This document shows positions 1 to 9,630 of a DNA stretch of 64,000 nt, one piece after another. Source of the DNA: Convolutriloba macropyga (lineage: Eukaryota); the NCBI RefSeq assembly GCF_964194025.1, contig NC_134472.1:64914001-64978000 (forward strand), in the 5' to 3' direction. A model generated the notes under the pieces. That model had not been told where the DNA came from. It was given only the letters and a program-made list of their open reading frames with translations, and searched no databases. Position numbers and translations under genes: made by a program. Position 1 is the first letter of the stretch; every line of letters begins with the position of its first letter.

Positions 1-1482
1 TTTGTTGGATCGGGTTATCCTGATTTCGATCTCATTTTCAACCATTTAAAGAAGGAGTTAGAAACACGGGAATTGATTACCTACAATAATCAAGATCTAG
101 TAATTGGATTTGAACCGATTTTATTCATATCTGACCTAGTTGCAAAGTCAAAGGTGCTCAAAATGAAGCAATTTAATGGCTATTACGGATGCACCTTATG
201 TACCCAGCGTGGAGTTCGGTTTAGCGGTGCTCATCATTATCCTCATACGGAGAAGTTTGTTATGCGCTCACCTGAATCTCATCTTTTGAACATCACTGAG
301 CTAGAAAATGGGAGCATTGAGGAGATCCGTGCAAGGCATGGCAGAAAGGTTGATTGTGAGAAGCGAACACAAGGTGTTAAGGGAAGAAGTGTTCTTTTAT
401 CAGTTATCCGTAATCAACCTCTATCATCTCCAATCGATCCCATGCATCAGCTGTTTCTTGGTGTTGGTAAAGATCTTCTGTCCTTTTTTTATGAGCAGAT
501 GAAATCGGAGCATAAAAGTGAACTAAACAAAGTGTTGTCAGATTTGATCTTACCCATTGAGTTGAAAAATACTGTTCGCAGTTTGGATGTTTTGAGCACT
601 TTTAAGGCGAAGGAGGTCAAAACAGTTTTGCTATACTTGTCTCCAATTCTTTTGTCACCCTATTTGTTAGGAGAGGACAAGAACAGTAATAGACAAGATT
701 TGAATAAACTTGTCTTTGCTCTGCGAACAATTTTTGACTGTAGTGAAAATTCAGAAATTGCCGACGAATTGTTGTGTGAATTCTGTGTAAGCATGCATGA
801 AAAAACGAATAAAATGGATTCCATCAATTTTCATCTTCTTCGTCATCTTGGCTGGCAGGCGAGAAATATTGGACCGCTTTTCGTGACTTCAGCGGCTATG
901 TTTGAATCGGCTAATAGGCTTCTTCTTGCACCTCTCACTGGCACTGTGAACCATTGTGAGTTACTTGTCCAACGGTTCATTCGGGCTAAGTTGGTTCTCA
1001 AGATGGGCATTGAAAATGATTGCTTATCCAGCTTGCTTGAGAATTTCCGAGAGTCAAAGGAGTTCGACGATTCCTACAGCTTGAGTGAAACCGAAGAAGT
1101 ACGGAATTTCCGACAAAATTATCCTGAATTTAGGGTGTTTTGTAGAGACCATGAAAATCTAAACTTGTCATCTGCTGCTTATGGAAGAGGATCTTCTGCT
1201 GATTGTTTCGTTGCGACTCATCGAGAGAATTTAATTATTGGTGAAATACTTTTCTTCTTTGCACGCCCAGAAAAAATGGTTATGTTGAAGCAATTCAAGA
1301 TTTTGAAGAAGATCAAACTAAACCCAGGGATTCCCGATGTCATGCCTTATGGTTTTATTGTCGAGGAAACAGATGAAAAGGTAGAACTTCCCTTGACCAG
1401 TGTCTCAACAAAATTTTTGCGCTTCGAATTTAAGAGTGAGTTGTATTTCATCACTTTGATGCAGCACTTTGAACACAACTAA
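1..1482 (+). CDS. CACTA/EnSpm (CMC superfamily)-type DDE transposase, 5' end outside the window
   Basis: Frame is open from base 1 (FVGSGYPDFDLIF...) to TAA at 1482. Motifs appear in the order expected for animal CACTA-like transposases: DLVAKSKVLKMKQFNGYYGCTLC, IDPMHQLFLGV, FKAKE, NFHLLRHL, GPLFVTSAAMFES. Confidence 0.85.
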   Translation, partial: FVGSGYPDFDLIFNHLKKELETRELITYNNQDLVIGFEPILFISDLVAKSKVLKMKQFNGYYGCTLCTQRGVRFSGAHHYPHTEKFVMRSPESHLLNITELENGSIEEIRARHGRKVDCEKRTQGVKGRSVLLSVIRNQPLSSPIDPMHQLFLGVGKDLLSFFYEQMKSEHKSELNKVLSDLILPIELKNTVRSLDVLSTFKAKEVKTVLLYLSPILLSPYLLGEDKNSNRQDLNKLVFALRTIFDCSENSEIADELLCEFCVSMHEKTNKMDSINFHLLRHLGWQARNIGPLFVTSAAMFESANRLLLAPLTGTVNHCELLVQRFIRAKLVLKMGIENDCLSSLLENFRESKEFDDSYSLSETEEVRNFRQNYPEFRVFCRDHENLNLSSAAYGRGSSADCFVATHRENLIIGEILFFFARPEKMVMLKQFKILKKIKLNPGIPDVMPYGFIVEETDEKVELPLTSVSTKFLRFEFKSELYFITLMQHFEHN

Positions 1483-2201
1483 ACCTAAGACCAGTTGCGC
1501 AAATGAAACTATGTTCCAAGTTTTTGTTAATTTCTCTATAGTTCTTATTTTGTTATTGATTGTCAGTTACTCTGCATAGTTGTTACTCATTTTCAATTTG
1601 TAAATTTTTAAAATCCATTCTCGTCTCAGCTAATGGCGTCGGAATTTAAATTGTCTGTTCTGCTGTTTTTATGCACAGAATGTTCCAATTTGTCAAAAAG
1701 TCAATCTTTCAATTCTTTCTTTGGCAGAAAAACCGTTCTGAGCACCATTTATATGCGTTGGAGTGAAGAACTTGTACTCTTAGGACCAAAAAATGCAGTC
1801 TTTTTTGGCAAACAAAAACAAAAATTCTTCACAATAATTTGGAAAGTTAAGTATTACAATTTTAAAAAAGAATAGAAACTGAAAAAACGCAAACGAACAC
1901 TCACAACAAACTGAACTTGGCATCGGCTAACACCAGTGTACTTAGTGTGTAGAACAAAAGGAATTATTGCTATAGCTTGCCTAGGAAAAAGTGAGGTTTG
2001 CATAAGGAAGTTTTCAATTTTTCGATTATATTGAATTTTTGAGTAAATTATAGGAAAAAAAGGAATTTCATAGGGTCCGAAAGATGCTTTAGTTCAACCC
2101 AATTCAGTTTACAGTATCGCTCCAAATGTTAATTGTTAGGCAAAATTTTTTTGCTGCTCTTGCTTGTCTGAATTTCTTGTCCTAATTTTTCAGTTGTTAT
2201 T

Positions 2202-2507
2202 ATGCAGCAAACACAAATTGTTGTAACCAGAACTGGAAGACTAATCTGTAAGAGGCCCGGTTTGTCAACAGCAGAAAATAGAGAAGCAAAAGCTGAAAAT
2301 GAACAAAGTTTAAAAGTGGAAGTCAATGAACTCAAAAAGAAAGTCGAAGCATTAAACGAGAGAGTCGAAAAACTTGAGAAGGCGAACATTGAGTTGGTTG
2401 ACTTGACTAATGACGATAGCTTTGAAACTACGATTTCGGTAAATTCGGATGATTTAATCGAGCTTCCAAATGGTATACGAGAAATTAAATTGGTCAATTG
2501 TAGTTAA
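2202..2507 (+). CDS. Small 101-aa coiled-coil ORF inside the transposon (possible accessory protein)
   Basis: Starts with ATG. Heptad pattern LKVEVNELKKKVEALNERVEKLEKAN, followed by a SIM-like LVDLTNDD. Lies between copies of the subterminal repeat. Confidence 0.45.
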   Translation: MQQTQIVVTRTGRLICKRPGLSTAENREAKAENEQSLKVEVNELKKKVEALNERVEKLEKANIELVDLTNDDSFETTISVNSDDLIELPNGIREIKLVNCS

Positions 2508-4119
2508 TCTGTTTAGCCCATTGTTCGTGCAGAGCAGATTAAATTTATGGCTTTACTTGTATTAAAAATTCAATCATACCTTAAAACAAGCATTGTTTAC
2601 TAATTGAGTTTGTTAATCAAGTTTCTGTTGTTTTTGGTGTGAAAACTTCTGCAGCTAACCTAAATCAAGTTTGAGTGTTGCACAAAGGGAATTTTTGCTA
2701 TAGTTTGCCTAGGAAAAAAGTTAGTATTTCATACGGAAATTTCCTGTTATTTCCGAATAATTTTGATTAAGTGTATTTAGAAATAGATCTTTTTGATGGG
2801 GTCAAGGAGTGGTTCAAATCGAGCCAAACTCAGTATAGAGTATCCCCTGTGTATGTAAAGTCTAAATCGCCATGAATTTTTGCTATAGTTTGCCTAGGGA
2901 AAAAGTCGTTATTTCATACGAAAATTGCGAATTTCGCGAATAGCGAATTTTAAAAATATGTCTTTTTCATCGGGTCAAGGAGTTCTCCAAATCGAACCAA
3001 ACTCGGTATGCAGTATCACCAGTGTACGTAAAGTCTACAACAAAAAGCATTTTTGCTATACCTAGCCTAGGAAAAAAGTTAGTTTTTTATTCGGAAAGTT
3101 GCAATTATTTCGAATAAATTGCGATTATTGAATTTTAAAAATAAGTCTTTTTCGTCGGATCAGGGAAATGTTCAAATCGAACCAAACTCGGCATGGAGTA
3201 TCCACTGTGTACTTAGAGTCTAACACAAAACGAATTTTTGTCATAGCTTGTCTAGAAAAAAAGTTCGTATTTCAATCGAAAATATCGACTTATTCGCTTA
3301 TTCTATTTTCAAAAATAGAGAAATTTTATCGGGTCAAGGAGTTGTCCAAATGGAACCAAACTCGGTATGGAGTATCCCCAGGTTATTTAGAAGCTAAAAC
3401 AAAAAGAATTTTGGCTATAGCTAGCCTAGGAAAAAAGTTAGTTTTTCATACAGAAAGTTGCAATTATTTCGAATAAATTGCGATTGAATTTTAAAAATAG
3501 GTCTTTCGTCGGATCAAGGAGTTGTCCAAATCAAACCAAACTTGGTATGGAGTATCCCCAGGGTAGGTAGACTCTGAGACAAAAAGAATTTTTGGTAGAG
3601 ATTGTATAGAAAAAAAGTTCGTCTCTTAGTTCAGGATTTTCGCTTATTTGAAAATTTCATTGCAAAACGTCTTTTTTTGCAATGGGGTCTTAGAGTTGTC
3701 GAAGGCTAACCAAAAGCAACCCTGGAGTCCCACTTTTTGTGTGGGTCCATGATCAAAAAGAATTTTTGGTTTAGCTTGTATAGAAAAAAAGTTCGTCACT
3801 TAGTTGAGGTTTTTCGCTTATTTGAAAATTTTATTTTAAAACGTCTTTTTTTGCAATCGGGTCTTAGAGTTGTCGAAGGCTAACCAAAAGCAACCTTGGA
3901 GTCCCAGTTTTGTGTGGGTCCAGGTGCAAAAAGAATTTTTGGTTTAGCTTGTATAGAAAAAAAGTTTGTCACTTAGTTGAGGTTTTTCGCTTATTTGAAA
4001 ATTTTATTTTAAAACGTCTTTTTTTTCAATTGGATCTTAGAGTTGTCGAAAGCTAACGAAAAGCAACGTAGGAGTCCCACTTTTTGTGTGGGTCGTAGTG
4101 CAAAAACAATTTTTGGTTT

Positions 4120-4532
4120 AACAGTGGGAGAATATTTAACAGTGGGAGAATATTAAAAAAATGTTAACAGTGGGAGAATATTAAAGATCTTGAAAGTTAA
4201 ACATTTGGAAAGCTATGACTCAAGTATCATAATAAAATTCACGTGTTGTCAATGGGGGACGTCAATTTTTTATCAATAAAGTGTAGGCAAAACAAAGTGT
4301 AAAATCGCATTGTCAACAAATTTAGTCCAATAATATTTGTAACACACTGTGTTTGGTGTCTGAGGGATAATACAAATGTGAACACGAAATAAAGTAAAGA
4401 AACTTGTAAATATTTTGCAATTTCTCGGGGTCAATAAAATTGATTTTACAGTTATTATGTTCTTAAGCCCTTTTTAGTCAAAAGAGACTATTCATGCGTT
4501 TCTAAAAGACATATAACTGTTTTACCTTTTCT
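4120..4532. other. ~410-bp unrelated insert interrupting one array unit
   Basis: The unit breaks after TTTTGGTTTA and resumes at TTAGTTGGG with about 25 bp missing. The insert starts with three copies of AACAGTGGGAGAATATT. Confidence 0.8.
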
Positions 4533-6159
4533 TTAGTTGGGTTTTTCGCTTATTTGAAAATTTTATTTTAAAACATCTTTTTTTTCAATCGGATCTTAGA
4601 GTTGTCGAAAGCTAACGAAAAGCAACGTAGGAGTCCCACTTTTTGTGATGGTCGTAGTGCAAAAACAATTTTTGGTTTAGCTTGTATAGAAAAAAACTTA
4701 GTCTCTTAGTTGGGTTTTTCGCTTATTTGAAAATTTTATTTTAAAACGTCTTTTTTTTCAATTGGATCTTAGAGTTGTCGAAAGCTAACGAAAAGCAACG
4801 TAGGAGTCCCACTTTTTGTGTGGGTCGTAGTGCAAAAACAATTTTTGGTTTAGCTTGTATAGAAAAAAAGTTAGTCTCTTAGTTGGGTTTTTCGCTTATT
4901 TGAAAATTTTATTTTAAAACATCTTTTTTTTCAATCGGATCTTAGAGTTGTCGAAAGCTAACGAAAAGCAACGTAGGAGTCCCACTTTTTGTGTGGGTCG
5001 TAGTGCAAAAACAATTTTTGGTTTAGCTTGTATAGAAAAAAACTTAGTCTCTTAGTTGGGTTTTTCGCTTATTTGAAAATTTTATTTTAAAACATCTTTT
5101 TTTTTCAATCGGATCTTAGAGTTGTCGAAAGCTAACGAAAAGCAACGTAGGAGTCCCACTTTTTGTGTGGGTTGTAGTGCAAAAACAATTTTTGGTTTAG
5201 CTTGTATAGAAAAAAAAGTTAGTCTCTTAGTTGGGTTTTTCGCTTATTTGAAAATTTTATTTTAAAACGTCTGTTTTTTCAATTGGATCTTAGAGTTGTC
5301 GAAAGCTAACGAAAAGCAACGTAGGAGTCCCACTTTTTGTGTGGGTCGTAGTGCAAAAACAATTTTTGGTTTAGCTTGTATAGAAAAAAACTTAGTCTCT
5401 TAGTTGGGTTTTTCGCTTATTTGAAAATTTTATTTTAAAACGTCTTTTTTTTTCAATTGGATCTTAGAGTTGTCGAAAGCTAACGAAAAGCAACGTAGGA
5501 GTCCCACTTTTTGTGTGGGTCGTAGTGCAAAAACAATTTTTGGTTTAGCTTGTATAGAAAAAAAAGTTAGTCTCTTAGTTGGGTTTTTCGCTTATTTGAA
5601 AATTTTATTTTAAAACGTCTGTTTTTTCAATTGGATCTTAGAGTTGTCGAAAGCTAACGAAAAGCAACGTAGGAGTCCCACTTTTTGTGTGGGTCGTAGT
5701 GCAAAAACAATTTTTGGTTTAGCTTGTATAGAAAAAAACTTAGTCTCTTAGTTGGGTTTTTCGCTTATTTGAAAATTTTATTTTAAAACGTCTTTTTTTT
5801 TTCAATTGGATTTTAGAGTTGTCGAAAGCTAAGTTGTAGGAGTCCCACTTTTTGTGTGGGTCGTAGTGCAAAAACAATTTTTGGTTTAGCTTGTATAGAA
5901 AAAAAGTTAGTCTCTTAGTTGTTTTGGAGAGAGCTTTTCGAGCCTAGTTTTTTTAGCTAGCTCTGCTCAATTCTCCTATAGTTGTTTGTTTGTAACTCCG
6001 CCGTAGCCGGTCCCCAGCCCGGTTGAGAAAAGGAGGAGGGGAACACACCCAGAACATACTGGAAAATCTCAAAAAGTTGATTTTTTTAATCAACTTGAGA
6101 CAATTTTCCGACAGTACTTCTATAAAAAGATGTTTAAAAAGTGTATGGTGCAGACTATA

Positions 6160-6335
6160 GCTCGCCTATGATAAAGTTTCTAGCTCGTCTATGTTGCAGA
6201 AGTGGTGCGTCTATGGGACAGTTTTTGGCTCGTCTATGTTGCAGAGTTGGTGCGTCTATGGGGCAGTTTTTGGCTCGTCTATGGGGCAGTTTTTGGCTCG
6301 TCTATGGGGCAGACTTTGGCTCGACCGTAAGTACT
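6160..6335. repeat. Short 21-22-bp subterminal repeats (GGCTCGTCTATGGGGCAGTTTTT-like)
   Basis: Several direct copies of GCTCGTCTATG(G/T)(G/T)GCAG just before the candidate CTGTG end. They explain the repetitive ORFs at 6141-6521. Confidence 0.85.
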
Positions 6336-7277
6336 TGGTGCGTTTATGTTGCTCGTTCAAAAAAATTCCTCGCCTGTGTATGTTTGAACGCACCATACCC
6401 CCTGTGTGCGTTCAAAAACGGTCTGCGTCATAAACGAGCACAAACGATAACCTCGACCTGGGCTCACATTTATTTGGGGAACAAGGTGGAAATTTTATGC
6501 CAGCCCAACTTTTTTGTCTGAAAAAATATGGGGCATCGGTATATCTCTTTACGTTTTGGACCCTTTCACGTACACTATATCCTAATCACTCAAAACAAGC
6601 GTTAAATATTTATTACAAAATCAAATTGATGAAAATTTAACTAAGAAGTCAAACATAAAGCAGCATCACTTGTTATCGACATCGATAATTCTTTAACCTC
6701 AAGCCATAAATTTTAACCACTAAAATGTTGTAAACATTGATTGCCACCAAAAACGCAAATCATTCGAAACAAACAAATCAAGCAACCAAAAAAGGCACGT
6801 AAAAAACGGATAGATGAATAAATGTTGAATGCTGACTAAGTTTCTAAGAAATGAAAAGACAGTAAAAAGAAGAGCAAAACCAGCGGAACTCACAGTTAGT
6901 ATCACGCTTTTTGTTATTATGACACTCCGTGGATGTTCGCCTTCAACTGTTAACTTTGTCCTTCAAAAATCTGCATCGCGTGAAAACCCGACTTTAAAAA
7001 ATTAGTATACAACGGCTTTTACGTAGACAATTTAGTCTACTCATTCGATGCAACTCAAAAGGCTAAAGAAAACACAGCGCTGCTCAAGAAGACACTTTAA
7101 AATGGTGGATTGAACTTCAAATATTTGCTTCATACGACCACTCCTTCGTAAGAAAATCTTGACGAGAGCTTTGAAAACAATGAAGACTCTCATCGCTTAC
7201 TCGGGGTTTATTGAAGGAAGTCAAAGGACAGAATTTTTCATCAACGACCACGGAAGTTTGAGTACACTGGAGGCAGC

Positions 7278-7420
7278 TGCACAAATAGAAAACTCTTGTC
7301 GTTATTTGCGGGCCTATTTTATCCAATAGGCGTTGTGGCCCCAATAGTTATTACACTCAGTGTTGTACTGCAGGATGCTTCGAAAGAGGGATTAGATTGG
7401 GTTGACCTGTTGCGGAAACC
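7278..7420 (+). pseudogene. BEL/Pao LTR-retrotransposon pol relic
   Basis: Reads CTNRKLLSLFAGLFYPIGVVAPIVITLSVVLQDASKEGLDWVDLL, matching the BEL/Pao block TKRxILSxIAxIFDPLGLxxP...LQxLWxxxLxWDxxL. Flanking frames are broken. Confidence 0.75.
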
Positions 7421-8797
7421 TCGAACCTGTTGCGGATATTTGATTTTGATTGCATCTTTTAAAATGCTCCGTAAAATTCTCTGGCCATGGTTGCAACTGA
7501 AATTATCATGGACCGTTTCACAGCAAATTTTGAGAGAAAATGAGATTCAAAAACGGAGATTAATTTTTAATTGATTATACTTCGTTGGACATGTGATCAC
7601 CAATCGTAAGCCTGTACCACTAATTTAATGCTTTCCGACAAAATAAATGATGCTGTAAACAGCAAGCGTGGTTTCATTACAAGTTTTTGAGTGTAAGAGG
7701 TGGAGTCATAATCAGTTCTGTTTTGTCCTTTCGCCCCACTTGAGCACTGTCTATCCAGACGCATTCTACAACTTCGCCACTGTCCCTTTTCAGAGACACA
7801 CAAAGTCAGAAAGTTGTCATTTGTGAACAAAGCACCTGTGAATGATTTGTTCATGGGTGGCCAATAGGAACAGGCGAACAGGTAATGGTACCTGCCACAC
7901 TCTTTTACTTCACATCCGACCTTCTTCACGTCTGGTTCAAGGACCTGTTTTTCATTCTAGTCGCGTGTTAGAATATGACTTATTATAACATAATTATTAT
8001 TATATGTAGAACTTGACCGAGATGAGACCTTTGTTCGAAATTAAAATAAGAAATCGTCGGTTTTTATCGCTTTTGCCTCACCAAAACGGATCAAAGCCCG
8101 GATGTTTTTGTGGCTTTCAATGTTTTTTGTCGATATTAAAGAAAGAAGCTTCGGTTTCAGGAGTAAAAAGTTCTCGGCAAAGGCTATCGTAATCGTCTGC
8201 ACGCTGATTATATCACGTTGTGGACAATCATGCCTAACCATTACTGACATGCGAAGATTTTATCTTAAAAGACAAGATAGTTTAAAAAACTATCACTCAA
8301 AAATCTACTGTTCTGGTTATCGACTGAAAAAAAATGTTATCTCGTTCGACAAAGTTGCATAATTGAACCTTAATCAGAATAATTCCTAGCGATGATACTA
8401 GTCAGATCTTGTGAAAATGTTTCCAAACTTGTAAGATTATTTCAAGAATCTTGAAGGATCATGATATGAATCTTTGATAAAATATTAAAACGTACCCTAT
8501 TGCTTTAAAATTTATCTAAAATGTCCAAAAGCTGGTAGACTCTGATTCACGCAAAAAATGATTGTAAAAAAATCTAAACAGAAGCCGTAAGAGAATCGAA
8601 TGAATCTCGCAAGAGGACTGAAATATTTGCAAAAATCTTTCGATAAGATGGAAGCTGTGTGCATTCTGCTGTAAAATCTTGTAAGATGACCTGCAAAATA
8701 CGAGAGTTTTGATATTTTCAGTTTTTCGATCACAAAGGATAACAATGTTCACCGAAGAACAGAAGGAAAAACAGATCCCTGGTCTAATCCATTTGAC

Positions 8798-8964
8798 CAG
8801 AAATGCAGCTCCCTGTTCAAATGAGGAGGATTTGTCGGAGCAGTCGTAGTAAGGAGCATCTTGACCTCCAAAACTGTAGGACCGTGTAGCTTTATAGTAG
8901 AGGTCAGACAGAATGTCAGTAGCTACTTGCTCGCTACTAGTCGACTCTTGGGTTGTTACAGAGC
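8798..8964 (-). CDS. Candidate downstream exon of a CAP/SCP-like gene
   Basis: Acceptor ttcctttag ends at 8965 in phase 1. Reads (G)SVTTQESTSSEQVATDILSDLYYKATRSYSFGGQDAPYYDCSDKSSSFEQGAAFL, a coding-like island in AT-rich DNA, loosely like the CAP W-Y-x-E-x-x-x-Y region. The 3' boundary is uncertain. Confidence 0.35.
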
Positions 8965-9630
8965 CTAAAGGAATAATGGTTATTAACCAATTTTCAACTA
9001 GCTCCTTAAAGATAAGTTGAATTGTATATTGAGTAGATAAAGTTTGATAAAAAAATGTTGATGTTCTTGAGAAATTTTTAAAACGTTTTAAAGAGGTGAT
9101 TTCATTTTTTTTCAACTCAGGACAAATTAAGCATAATAAATGTAAACTAGAAAATCACAAGGCTCTACTGCTTGACATGAAATTGCAAATTTTGAAGTTT
9201 AAATTGAACAAAATATTTTGTGGAAAATGATCAGAGTTTCTTTTCAAGTTAATTGATTCGATTTTCTTTTGTCTGGAGTATCCGTGGCCTCTTTTGGGCA
9301 TACGTTTCAACTATATTAATGCTGTTATTCTCTTCATTCAGCATTTGATCGCTACTCCACTTCAAATGTAAAAATTTTGTCAATAAATTTTTTAGACAAA
9401 AAATATATTCGAAACTTTCAGATTTCATCAGCAGTTAAACAAATAAAATGCAGGATTTAGGTGCAAAGTTATGCCATTATGTGAAAAAGAACCGCAGGTA
9501 CTGACGGCAACAGACGTTACAATCAAGGAAATTGAAAATTAGATCGACGCAGGGCTTAATGTGAGCCAATTTCTGAATGCTGATAATAATAGTACTAAAA
9601 ATTCTAGATACTGAAAATAAGTTTAAAACT

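Larger units (their letters stand above)
1900..5921. repeat. ~173-180-bp tandem array (subterminal repeat of the CACTA-like element)
   Basis: About 8 near-identical units start at TTAGTTGGGTTTTTCGC (about 4533, 4707, 4879, 5052, 5228, 5400, 5576, 5748). More diverged units at about 3627, 3799 and 3973, and strongly diverged units from about 1900 to 3600 sharing GCTATAGCTTGCCTAGGAAAAAAG and AACCAAACTCGGTATGGAGTATCC. Confidence 0.95.
1..6378 (+). mobile_element. Right part of a CACTA/EnSpm-like DNA transposon
   Basis: Transposase is followed by a long subterminal tandem array, then short 21-22-bp subterminal repeats, then a candidate end ...TTCCTCGCCTGTG at 6378 (CACAG on the minus strand). 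An alternative end is CTGTGTG at 6408. The left TIR is not in the window, so the TSD cannot be checked. Confidence 0.65.

Noticed and set aside
4533-5921. Array as a CRISPR or ncRNA gene cluster
   Set aside because: Whole units are near-identical with no variable spacer and no Pol III boxes. The position fits a transposon subterminal repeat.
6141-6521. 126-aa and 80-aa repetitive ORFs
   Set aside because: They translate the 21-22-bp subterminal repeats.
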